A stretch of DNA of 44,181 bases from Nemertoderma westbladi (taxonomy: Eukaryota; Animalia; Xenacoelomorpha). A program made the position numbers and the translations under genes. The DNA is taken from the NCBI GenBank assembly GCA_032718475.1, contig JAUCBJ010001824.1:1-44181 (forward strand), given 5' to 3'. Shown in pieces: positions 1 to 11,744 of the stretch. The notes beneath the pieces were generated by a model. It worked only from the letters and a program-made list of their open reading frames with translations. It did not search any database and had not been told where the DNA came from. Numbering within the stretch: the stretch's first letter is position 1; each line of letters starts with the position of its first letter.

Positions 1-853
1 TCTCATAACCTGATTTTGTGATACAGTCGCACAATTTTAATTTGTATCTCATAACTGGGCCTCGTGCTGCGCGAAGGCCCCACGAACGTGTAAATGACGT
101 TAAAGTTGTCAACCTACGAGAGGTTCTGGTGTGTACCATTAAGGACAATTTCGAATCTGGTGGCTGTCCTACTAACAAGATAGTCTCACTAACCAGTCTG
201 GCGGCTGTACCACTTGTACCACTGGTCTGTTTGACGGGTTTCCCACTTACACGTGTTCGGGTGAATGGGATTATCTGGGTTCATTAATCCAAAAGGAATG
301 CCTGTTCACCACGATGGATGAACTCGAACTCCTTCAGTAAACCCTTCAACTGTTTCTCAAGTATTTATCCCATTTTATCGACCGCTATGCTGCAGCCTCT
401 AAAACACTGTGCAGCGCCGACTTGTGATCGAACCTGATCCTCCTGATTTAAACCCCAAGAATGTCAATCTGGATCAATCGGATACTTGAGTCTATTGGTG
501 TGAACTCGTGACCATTCTTAACAAATTAAAGGATAGAGCCCAGATAGGAAAAAATGAAACTTTAATGCGGACTTCTCCTACTCGCCCCGTTTACTCTGGT
601 ATCCGCTGTTTGTTTCAGCTGCGAGTGGTCTTTATCTCGAACCCATCCAGAATACTCTGTATATTGTCCTCTTCAAATTGGCAATTTTATAAAAAGGAAA
701 ACATTAAAAAGTAATGGAAAAAGAGAGAAATGAAACCGTATTGATACCGTGCTATATATTATCGGAAGCAAGCAAAGAACATCCAAGGTTTTTTATAAAA
801 TATTATTTTATATAACAACATTTTAGTGATACAGAATTGGAATAATCAAATTA

Positions 854-1403
854 AAAAATAATTTAAAGAAAACTTCTTTCATAATTTTTGTTACGCGATG
901 TTGCAGGGCGGCAGCAAATTTTCATTGCTATAGATACAGTAGTAGAAGTAACTAGGGTCAATAATTGATATAATGATATTTTAAATCAGCAATTATTGCT
1001 GTTGATATAGTAGAGTGCAAATTTATTATATTATTTTATATTATTTATTCAATTTATTTTGATGAGAAAACATAATAAAATCATAAAATTGTAAGTGGAT
1101 TTGAATAAAACCGTAATATTCAGAACAGAACGAGCCCAAAATCGGTTCCGTTCGATCAAAACCGACAAATTATAATGAAAATGAAACTATTGCCTAATTA
1201 AAAAAAAAATGACTTTTAGTAGTAATTATTATTAGTATTATAATAATACTAGAAGTTGTGTTGGTTGACTCCCTTTATAGCCTAGATTTACGGGACTAAT
1301 TCCTATGGGACTACTAGGATCGGCATGCTGCATTGCAGCTGCATTTTTAAGAATGCTGTGCCGGCTTAGCCGATTAGCTTTTAATTCCATTTAAACTACA
1401 TAA
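854..1403. repeat. Left arm of ~550-bp inverted repeat flanking RPL34
   Basis: Reverse complement of 4067-4617 with few substitutions/indels (e.g. TTACGCGATGTTGCAGGGCG at 891 vs CGCCCTGCAACATCGCGTAA at 4561). Confidence 0.95.
1314..1365 (-). mobile_element. Helitron-like 3' terminus (13-nt hairpin, 9 nt, CTAG|T)
   Basis: Minus strand reads GCTGCAATGCAGC-ATGCCGATC-CTAG-T, the canonical hairpin + CTRR + T layout; related copies at 4102-4152 and 29733-29783. Confidence 0.5.
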
Positions 1404-2153
1404 AACCCCTAAATTTCTGAGTAAACATATTATATACATAACGTATTGCCGCGTAAGAAATTAAAAATAATTGTAGAGTAAATTAAATTAAGGAAAATAC
1501 AATACATGTTAATGTATAGGCTACAGGAGCAAAGATGGGTATAGTGGTGCGGCTATATATTATTATTTGTTGAAATAAATTCTGTCGGTAGCATATCAGA
1601 GATGCAACTTAAAAGTCTACCGGTACCCACTCCCACTGTAATCCAAATAATTGAATTCCATTGATAATCGCCTGATGAATTTAATAGGAGGTACAAAAAA
1701 ATATTTAATTTGGCGTGATTAAATTAATATTCTAGCTGAAAAAGTTTTAAACCTGTCAGAAAAAAAAATTCAAAGTAGGTTTGTCTAAGATGAGAATATC
1801 TCAGTTGCTAATGTAAGAAGAGGTAACAGCCACCGGGTGTAGAATCAAGATTAGTCAGCCTATATAAGCCATTTATTCCTATCAAATACCAACTGGGGCC
1901 TCCCTCCCTCCCAACATTAGGCATTTTGCAGTATCTTTAGGCCTATATTTAAAGTTTCTGGAATATAAAACAAATTACTAACTAACTTTAACTATTGTTT
2001 GTTAGGTTAGGCCTGCTTTGGTCGGTTAGTTAATTATTTAATTCCATGAATTGTAAATATAGGCCTAAAATATGTATTACTAGTATGCTAGTCAAGTCAG
2101 CGAAGATGAGACTGTAATACTAAAAACTTAAACCGATATTGACCGCTCCAATA

Positions 2154-2159
2154 TTTATT
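2154..2159 (-). promoter_or_regulatory. Candidate polyadenylation signal (AATAAA) for RPL34
   Basis: TTTATT on plus, ~150 nt downstream of the RPL34 stop; the AT-rich context lowers specificity. Confidence 0.4.
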
Positions 2160-2310
2160 GCAGATGAAAATTCACAACATTAAAATAATAATTTCCTAGC
2201 AATTTACAATAAGTTCAAGAATCTAAATGAACTTTCTCCACTTCAACTAGCCACATTCGCAACCACATCGATGTAATTAAACACTACAACGTAACTGCGA
2301 GTCGATAAAC

Positions 2311-2751
2311 TTATTTCTTCTTCAGCGGTCGCTTCTCCTGCGTTTTCGACGCAGATTTCTTACTGGCGGCGGCAGCGGCGGCGGCTTTAGCAGCCAACCT
2401 CGGTTGCTTCAACCGCGCAGCTTTCGCTTGAGCCTTGAGAACCTTCTTCACGATCTGTTGTTCTTCTATAAGGAAGGCTCGCACTACCCTCTCTCGCACG
2501 CACTTGGCGCACACAGAGCCCCCGTACGCCCGTGTTACGTGTTTGTGTGTCTGACTCATCTGGGCCCATTCGTGCGGACGTCCCGCCGCTATACCGAACA
2601 GTTTACGTTTACAGTCGCCGCATTTCGGAATGGTTCGCTGTTTCTTTACGTAATGGTAGCGCAGCTTACCACCCGGAGTTTTCGTGATTACTTTCCGATT
2701 GGAAGATGTCGAGTACGACAGTCGGCGTCTTAACGTCAGTCGTTGCACCAT
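2311..2751 (-). CDS. RPL34: 60S ribosomal protein L34 (eL34), intronless CDS, with Ala/Lys-rich C-terminal extension
   Basis: [56 protein letters not shown] are the conserved eL34 signatures; the ORF is uninterrupted. Confidence 0.97.
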   Translation of the reverse strand: MVQRLTLRRRLSYSTSSNRKVITKTPGGKLRYHYVKKQRTIPKCGDCKRKLFGIAAGRPHEWAQMSQTHKHVTRAYGGSVCAKCVRERVVRAFLIEEQQIVKKVLKAQAKAARLKQPRLAAKAAAAAAASKKSASKTQEKRPLKKK

Positions 2752-4066
2752 TATGTTAATATATTATGCTAGTCCAACCGCTACCGCTAATGGGATTAAT
2801 CAAGGCTTAGTTTCCAGTTTCACCACGCTTCCAGATGGCTGGTGGTAGGGAAGGTACACAGGTAGGATTAGGAACCGTAGGCTACTGCTGTACTGGGCTA
2901 CCGGTAACAAGTGAACTTGCAAACTACCGTACCGATGATTTTCTGTTTTCTAGCCTATCAGTCAATGTGCCGATAGGCGGTTGCCGGTATGAGGTAGGCC
3001 CTATATCTGTATATCGCTATCTGCCTATCTCAGTATCTGCTATCTCTGTATCTAGATCTACTCACTCAGCTACTTCAGTAGTGCAGTACCGGTACTTAAA
3101 CTACAGAACTACAGAACTAGTCTATCTTCAGATCTTGCCTTGCTATCCTGCTACGTCTGACGTCTGTATGTCAGTCGTCAGTACGTGTTACCTATACTAC
3201 CTTACCTTTACCTGTCAGGCTGACGGCCTACCAGAATTCTCATTAGTATTTGAGTCATTCTTTTCAAGCTCGACCAATGGGTGTGGCAAGGGTCGGAGAT
3301 TTTGGATGGAATTTTAACCACTTGTTAGGCCTAATACTTAGGCCTATGAAAACATAGTATTTTGAAAATTTTAGCTGATTTCGTTGCTGCGTTCTCGAGA
3401 TATCGCTGTTTGAAATTTGACCTATTTGGATAAATGATTTTTTCATTATTTGAGATGGTGTCTAAAATGTGTCTGATTATTAGTTTTGAATTAATTGTGC
3501 TTGATTCTAACCATTGGAGACATGAATATCAATATTTTCGTAATTTAATTAGTAAACTATTGATCAGAATGATCAATTGAGGAAAAAAAGGTGGCAATGG
3601 GTGTTCAAAATTCTCCGAAAATTATAAATTTTTGTAAAATACAAATCTTGTAATGTGTTGTTCATGTTTCTGATAATTGGTGTACCTGTTATTTAAGTTT
3701 CCCTTATTAAATTAACTCTTTGTGGATGTAATAAAGCAGGTTTCATTTGAAAACCAAAAAGCAGAAGGGTGTTATGAATGTTTAAATTTGTGAAGAATCG
3801 CAAAAATGCTAAAAACTGCTACATTGAAGGCTTTGGTGGTGCAATCTGATTAATTCTATGTTCAATGAGCTTTTATACCTGACAATTGATCTAAAATGTA
3901 CACCCTTTGAAAATTTGAAGACTAAACTGGGAATGGTTGGGTGTGTGTACCACATTAAAGAAAAACAAAAAATTCAGATGCGGATGGATTAAAATGCTCT
4001 ATAACAAGTTAACTGTAATAATTATTACTAATAACAATTATTATTATACAGTTCTGTAATCTGTAG

Positions 4067-4617
4067 TTATGTAATTTAAATGGAATTAAAAGTCGGCTAA
4101 GCCGGCACAGCATTCTTAAAAATGCAGCTGCAATGCAACATGCCGATCCTATGTAGTAGTAAATGGAATTAGTCCCGTAAATCTAGGCTATAAAGGGAGT
4201 CAACCAACACAACTTCTAGTATTATTATAATACTAATAATAATTACTACTAAAAGTCAATTTTTTTTAATTAGGCAATAGTTTATTTTTCATTATAACTT
4301 AGCGAGTTTTGATTGAACGGAACCGATTTTGGGCTCGTTCTGTTCGGAATATTACGGTTTTATCCAAATCCAAATCCACTTACAATTTTATGATTTTATT
4401 ATGTTTTCTTATAAAAATAAATTGAATAAATAATATAAAATGATATAATAAATTTGCACTCTACTAGATCAACAGCAATAATTGCTGATTTAAAATATCA
4501 TTATATCAATTATTGACCCTATAGTTACTTCTACTATCTATAGCAACGAAAATTTGCTGCCGCCCTGCAACATCGCGTAACAACAATTATGAAAGGAGTT
4601 TTCTTTAAATTATTTTT
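4067..4617. repeat. Right arm of ~550-bp inverted repeat flanking RPL34
   Basis: Reverse complement of 854-1403; includes a Helitron-like end variant GCTGCAATGCAAC-ATGCCGATC-CTAT at 4127-4152. Confidence 0.95.
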
Positions 4618-4786
4618 GGGTTTGAGGGTTATTTTCTAATACATAATTATTTTTTTCCATTTTATTTTTAAATTTTTATTTATTTTATATTTTTCTCTTT
4701 GTTAATTACTTTGATATTCCTTTGATTATTCTGTGGTGTCGTATCAACACAGGATTAATTTTGACATTTAGCGACAGTCATTATTA

Positions 4787-6314
4787 CACCGCGACCTGGA
4801 ATATAGTGTCGTTATTCAGGTGCCCCCCCCCCCCCCCCTATTTTTTTCTACAAATCGTAATGAGATTGCATTAAACTTGAAACTGAGATACAGTACAGTA
4901 GTTTGCCTCCCTCCTCCTTGCTGGGTGAGGGTGAGTCAGAATTTTTATTTTTGCTATCATTTTGTAGATAAAAACGATTGAAAAAGGTGTCCCCAGCGAT
5001 ATTGCACAAGTGACACCGCAGTTATTTTTCAATCTTATAGTGCTTTATAGGTAGACCTACAGATAGAAAGCGGTACATATGTATCACAATCTGAATTTCG
5101 TCGTAAAATAGCTGATATATGAGTGTGTATGATAACCATATTAACAAATATTAACAAATATTAACAAAATATTAACAAATAACCATATTGTGGAACACTT
5201 TGTTTATATGAATACAGTAGATAGTATGATTATAGAGTTATTGCATTGTATGGGCTATGTTTTTCATTTCATATCCGGATTCCACCGGCAGTTTAATTAT
5301 CAAGATATATAGAATTAAAAGATATAAAAAGCCACATCAATCAGCGCTTGCAATTCTAGGGTGCTCATGAATTAATAAATAAAATTGACAGATAAAATTT
5401 GTCCTACTGTACGTAAGTTTTGTTAAATAATCAATTAAAACCTCATGGCGTTCCCAATGAGTACCATTTGTAGAATTCAGCAGTGATAAAAGGTACAGTA
5501 GTATAAACGCGTTTTTCGGTGTGAATTCCGTTCTCTGTTTAACTTGTCTACCCAGTGCACGCATATCGTATCTCCCAACAGAGATGCTTGTCAGGGATGG
5601 CAACATTAATAGGAATAATTTTCATATTGGGTGAATAATTTGTTGCTAGTCGAGGAGCAAAAATGTTGACCCAATAAATACAGTAGCAAAAAAGATATGT
5701 TATACTCGAGTTCTCTGAGTTAAATAATCCATAAACGACTCTGCATAGATGAATCATTATGAGAGATTCTATCTTTGGGAGATTAAAGAGTCTACACAGG
5801 AGCTCAGGTGGTTACCCGCCCTCAGTGTCGAACGCATTGCCTTTTGGCAGCAATAATGCATGTGCAACGTATGGGATAAACAAAATGTTCTAGAATATGA
5901 TGTATTTATTGAATAGAATAAAATAGCCTCGCGCAGGTGCAAAACCATGTAACATTTGAACGCCCATATCTCAGTTATTTTACGACGAAATTCAGATTGT
6001 GTTACATATTTGGAATCCTTGCATGGCCAGCTTTATAAATTAACAAATCGTCTATAAGGTTGAAGAATAACTGCGGTATAGGTATAGCTGTCAGTGCAAT
6101 ATCGACGGAGACACCTTTTTCAAACGCTTGTAGCTAAAGAATGAAAACAAAGATAAAAATTCTGGCTCACCCGGCGAAGGAGGAGGGAGGTGAAACTATC
6201 TCTGTTGCAAATTTCATGCAATCTTATTAAGATTTGTAGACAATTTTTTTTTGGGGGGGGGGGGGGGGGGGGTACAGGTACCTGATTAACGACACTATAT
6301 TCCAGGATATGGTG
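4787..6314. mobile_element. Old non-autonomous TIR DNA transposon (~250-bp diverged TIRs, Tc1/mariner-like)
   Basis: 4795-5040 (CCTGGAATATAGTGTCGTTA...) is a diverged reverse complement of 6053-6306 (...TAACGACACTATATTCCAGG); left end follows TA; no transposase ORF inside. Confidence 0.65.
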
Positions 6315-7706
6315 TGTAGTATCGTATAATATGATCAAAATCTGGAATTGAGTTGAGCCAATGGCAACAAGAGCAAGAGTTTTTGTTAGGCCATCATAGT
6401 ATCCCAATGTGCAGAGTCTGCTGCAGGCCGGTTATAGATAGATTGAACAAGTGCAAATGCACACCGTGTCAGTGCAAATGCGCACCGTGTCAGTGCAAAT
6501 GAATAATTTTTGAGAATTGAAATCATAATATATTTGAATTTGAAACATCATAATCCCACCCAGATATATATATATATTCTATTACGCAAGGTTTAACAAA
6601 TTAATGGAAAGGGGTTTAATATCTGACGAGTATTTCCTTTCACTATCACCGCTCTTCGATAAATAAATATCCGCTTCTATTTTAATAATAAAAATAACAT
6701 TAATTAAGTACCAAAGACCAAGATGATTGTAAATTCAAGTATTCTTATTAAATGTATCTCATATAACGTGCTGAGCCCAACCATGGCCTACTTAAATATT
6801 TATGTAGGCCATGGCCCAACATTCCTATATTAATTATATTATTAACATTTTGCATTCACAGCGCTCATCACCAATATATATTTATATTGCCGCCATTACA
6901 TCACATGGGGTTTGCTGGGTGGTGTATACCCAAAACCCATACCACGGACTCAGCAATGGAATTCCTTACAAACTACTAGTCTCTGATTGGTCCTTACTTC
7001 AGGTTAAATTACATCGCCAGTATCGTTATGATTGTGCGGCGTGGTGAAAACTCCGGTGAAACTAAATTGTCAGTACGGGTATTATCGGATGTTTATTTCT
7101 CGAACTTTATATTCTGTATTACATAGACTTACGATATTATTCTCTATGAAAAATCCAATTATTCCATTTAATGATTTCTAATGTTAATATTTTAAAAATA
7201 ACATATTAATTATAAATATTCCTGAAATGTATTTGTTGGCTTACAATATATAGACGGATAAATTTTACATTTATAACTTAAAGAAAAAGACACTTTTAAG
7301 AATATTGGGGAATTTGGGATTATTAATTTTACGACGGTCAAACGACCGTCAATTAATATTTCTGTAAGATGATGTAGGCCTAGGTTTTGAGAGATCTGAG
7401 CATCTTGGGGTTGGGTTCGCCTCCTCGGGAGGTATTATTTCTATCAGTAGCACCGCGTTTTAGCTTGTTTCTCTATTCGATCCAAGAGTTATAAATGCTC
7501 GCTATCACATCACATTAAGTAGCATTACAGCTTACATATTATTAATTAAGGGAAAGGAGCAGGTTACACTGGAAAGTATTCTTTCTAACCTAACAAAAGC
7601 AATAAACTACTTTAACCTGGTGAGGGATGAATTGTGATTGCGTCGAAAGCCCCCCTCCCTCCCCGAGCTGGTTCTTTCAGAGTAAAAATCACGATACCGG
7701 TACTGT

Positions 7707-8335
7707 CAGGGCCGCCGAGAGAGGGGAGGGGGGGGGGGGGGGGGTACGGGCGATGCCCAGGAGGCCCAGAACGGCCACACTGGGCAATTTTCTGAACCCA
7801 GACTAGGTAAACCATCGCATTGTTATTTGGAGCCCTTCTTGGTGATTAAAACGAGACAACTACGTAAATATTCATTCTAGAACATTAAAATAATTTAACA
7901 ATTGGTGAACCAGTTTGTTGTGAAGTTGAGTTGATTCTATCAGCCTATTGGTTGTCTGGTTTCGGGATATCAAGCTGACAGCTGACTCGGATAGCCCAGT
8001 TGAGTTGATTCTATCAGCCTATTGGTTGTCTGGTTTCGGGATATCAAGCTGACAGCTGACTCGGATAGCCCAGTTGAGTTGATTCTATCAGCCTATTGGT
8101 TGTCTGGTTTCGGGATATCAAGCTGACAGCTGACTCGGATAGCCCATTTGAGTGAGGGCGCAAAGCAGGGAAAGGACTTCCACTCCCTCCAATGGCAATA
8201 AATAGTTTTTTGTCAAATGGGGGGGGGGGGGGGGGGGGGGGGTAAATTACACTAATTTCACATCAAATATAAAGGGGGCCCGGATTTTCCACAAATACGT
8301 TGCCCCGGGCCTGCTTTTTCCTCTCGACGGCCCTG
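7707..8335. mobile_element. hAT-like MITE
   Basis: TIRs CAGGGCCGCCGAGAG / CTCTCGACGGCCCTG; 8-bp TSD GATACYGT is recoverable after removing a CCGGTA insertion from the left copy. Confidence 0.8.
7925..8146 (+). repeat. Tandem repeat 3 x 74 bp inside the MITE
   Basis: GTTGAGTTGATTCTATCAGCC...GGATAGCCCA starts at 7925, 7999 and 8073; units identical. Confidence 0.95.
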
Positions 8336-8496
8336 GATACCGTACCAATGTAATGGGCAGAACATTTTTGTATTAAAGTGACTGTTTGTTTACAATGCTT
8401 GAAAACGTCACTATTAAGTAACTTTTTGTTTTCTTTTATCTGTAAATTTGTTCAATTAATAAACCAATTAATCAATTCTGTTTTATCACCGATATA

Positions 8497-8937
8497 TCGT
8501 GACCAAAGAGCCAGAACAACACTCACCAAAAAATGTGGTTTCGAGAAAAATGCAAAAAACCTTATCGTTTCCCTCTATATGGATCCCGTCTCCTAATTTT
8601 TTCGAGAGAGGTCTGGGAAGATACAATGATACATTTTATAATAGTGGCTAGCATTCAGAATAAATTTTGTTAATGAAAAAAACTGTTTTTTTCGTTATTT
8701 TCCAAAGAAGCAAAACAACACATACTGAAATTTAACATTAACTCAGTCTGTGTGTGTTGTTTTACCTCTCACTTTTATGTTGTGAGGGTTGTTCTGGTTT
8801 TCCATATCTCCTAAACGGACTGACATACAAGTCTAGGATTTTAACATAAGATATAGAACGCCATCTTGAGTAATTTTGGTGAAAAAAAATTTTTTTGAAA
8901 AATTGTGGTATGTGTTGTTCTGGCTCTATGGTCACGA
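8497..8937. mobile_element. MITE with ~25-bp TIRs (superfamily unassigned)
   Basis: TCGTGACCAAAGAGCCAGAACAACA ... TGTTGTTCTGGCTCTATGGTCACGA with AT-rich flanks. Confidence 0.8.
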
Positions 8938-9704
8938 ATTATAATTCTGTAATTTATATAAATTCCGAAATGTTAAATCGGGTTTACCATTAAGTCCTAT
9001 ATAATTGTGTACAATAGTTGGTTTTGTATATAAATTTTACGACGAACGCCAACGACTTATTATTACAGGATTGTTTACGACTCCAATTAACAATACAATC
9101 TTAATAATGGCTTTGAAGTTTGAACCCTACATATATGGGGTGTTGTTGACCTTCCAATTACACTATTTCCCGAAGATTTTTCAATATAAAAACTATCCTT
9201 TCCAGCTAGATTTATTGACAATGTCGAATTGATATTGCTGTCCCTGTCCCTGAAATACTGTATATCAAATTAAATTCATAGAAATCCCCTCCAATCGCGG
9301 CGATTATGGGAGAAACCAGGCAACACCGATCGGGGAAGAACGAAGAGATAACAGGGCGTTCGTCGTAGGTCTTCAGAAAGCTACAACTCGAAAGGTCGAA
9401 CTAGGGCGCACGAAACGAAATAATTAACAGCCAGCTGATCTACATTTAATACGAGCTATAGGCCTAATTATAGGCGAAATACCTACATATAATTAATTAT
9501 CGGTTGAAATAATTAAAGTGTTATTTAAATCGACCAATAATATCAATCGAAATAATTCAGCATGGCAAAATTTTAAACGATCAATAATATCACTCGTGTT
9601 AAATTACTGAATATTGATACTAAATGTATGCCATATAGAGTATGTCGTCATTCGAATACGCACTATAATTATTTCACAATTTTAAAACTTACAAACAAGG
9701 AATA

Positions 9705-9763
9705 GGTCAGAATCGAACCAGGCGCCTTTACATTCATAACCCGACGCGTTATCCACTACGCTA
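9705..9763 (-). repeat. tRNA-derived fragment (Pol III A/B boxes), not a functional tRNA
   Basis: Minus strand TAGCGTAGTGG (A box) ... GGTTCGATTC (B box); no convincing acceptor or anticodon stems. Confidence 0.6.
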
Positions 9764-11147
9764 ATTTGGATAAGTGTATATTTACAAATAATTCCCAACA
9801 AATAAATAAATTAGATTCGCCATTGTTCATAATTAGCAATTTAAAGCTTTTATGGCCCTCGTTCTATCACTCTATCACTCGTGCCGTAGCGCTATAAAAT
9901 GCTACTTTTATGAACAATGACGTATATAGTTAATATTAACTTCCCGTTAACGATTTCCGTCTCAGCACTTTCGTTGTCTCTTTTATTATTTTCTTATTTT
10001 ATTAAAAGCCGTCGTTGTTCCAAAAGCCGGTTGATGATGAAAATGATTAATAATTTTATTCAAAAATTGTATCTTTACTCAACGCCGTTAGTATTAACAG
10101 CGAGTTGTTATTTATCACTTTACAACTTTAGAGGACATTACAGCCTTGTATTGGCCTGTAAATTTAGTATTGTATTTGGTGTTATCCGTTAAGTAATGTC
10201 CCCTTAGTGGACATTACTTAACGCCGTCATTGGTTACCACGTAAACAATAAGTGGAAATTTGCCTGACAGCCAGATAGGCCTACTACATTAACTACCGGT
10301 AGGCGGGGTATAGCTATTGATAACCAGTAGGGCCTAACTATATTATTATAACACGGCTCCAAACGCCGGCCATAAATATAAGCGACCTTATTTATAACAT
10401 CATTTATGTCATTTTTACATTTATTTGTACAGCAACTAATTTAATTTGTGCAGTTTACTATCACTTATAATATATGTACAATCATTTCGTAATGTTAAAA
10501 TTTTGGAATAAAACTACATACATACTTGTTGCAAAGTACTTTACAGTGTTCTGATCCTCGTGGCTTTATTTTCACTCACTCATTAACGTTCGTTCGTGTA
10601 ACAAAGCCACTCGGATCATCACACTGTAAAGTGCTACTTTACACACAAGTATGTAAATAGTTATTATTCCAAAATTGAAACAGTACTCAACGCCGTTAGT
10701 ATTAACAGCAAGTTGTTATTTAGCACTTTACAACTTCAGAGGACATTACAGCATTGTATTGGCCTGTACATTTAGTATTGTATTTGGTGTTATTGTTTAC
10801 GTGGTAACCAATGACGGCGTTAAGTAATGTCCACTAAGGGGACATTACTTAACGCTGTCATTGGTTACCACGTAAACAATAGGTGGAAATTTGCCTGACA
10901 GCCAGATAGGCCTACTGCATTACCTACCGGTAGGCGGGGTATAGCTAATAATAACCAGTAGCTAAATTATTAACACGGCTCCAAACGCCGGCGATAAATA
11001 TAAGCGAACTTATTTATAACATAATTTATGTCATTTTTACATTTATTTATACAGCAACTAATTTAATTTATGCAGTTTCTATCACTTATAATGTATATGT
11101 ACAATCATTTCGTAATGTTACAATTTTGGAATAAAACTAGTAACTAC

Positions 11148-11711
11148 CAGGGACAGGATACGATACGATACGAAAACGGATTTTCGTATTTCGTATCGCA
11201 GTAGTATTTTATTCGTATCGAATTTCGTATCGTATCATAAAATTTGACTTCGTATCGTATAATACGAATAAATATTTTTCGTATTTCGTATCGTATTTTA
11301 GTATCTTATTATTTTGTAAATATTAATATTTTTAACAGTCAAACAAGAGATCACACCACTTATTTATTTAGGGTTTTTTCAAAATTGGTTAATAAATTAA
11401 GTTACCGGTTAGAGTTTTATTAGGTCAATAAAATGTGTAACACTACAAGAGCATACTGGAACATTGAAATAAAAAATATTTCCATATTACATAGAGATTT
11501 TTAATATTATTTTCTAAGTATAAAAAAAATACATATATTTTTTATCAACTCTTAAATAAAATACGATATGAAAAAAATACGAAACTTTTTTCGTATCGTA
11601 TGTTGGATTTTTCGTATCGTATCGTATTTATCCAAATTTGTATCGTATCGTATCATGAAAAATTGGTACGTATCGTATCGTATTTTCGTATCGTATCGTA
11701 TCCTGTCCCTG
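11148..11711. mobile_element. hAT-like MITE with (CGTAT)n subterminal repeats
   Basis: TIRs CAGGGACAGGATACGATACGATACG / CGTATCGTATCGTATCCTGTCCCTG; empty site GGAATAAAACTACATAC is visible at 10505, giving an 8-bp TSD AAAACTAC (left copy modified). Confidence 0.88.
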
Positions 11712-11744
11712 AAAACTACATACATACTTGTTGCTAAGTACTTT

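Noticed and set aside
1-714. ORFs 18-287 and 508-714 / coding-like composition
   Set aside because: Short, with stops in all frames and no recognisable domain; possibly a decayed fragment but not assignable.
2835-3317. 160-aa ORF upstream of RPL34
   Set aside because: Its Y/S/V/T-rich composition derives from stacked TA-bounded motifs; no protein family features.
3288-3958. Possible TTAA-type MITE remnant
   Set aside because: The right end looks terminal (GTGTACCACATTAA) but no matching left TIR or TSD could be found.
6253-8242. Long poly-G tracts as functional G-quadruplex elements
   Set aside because: They lie within MITE/TIR sequences and vary in length between duplicates; there is no independent evidence of function.
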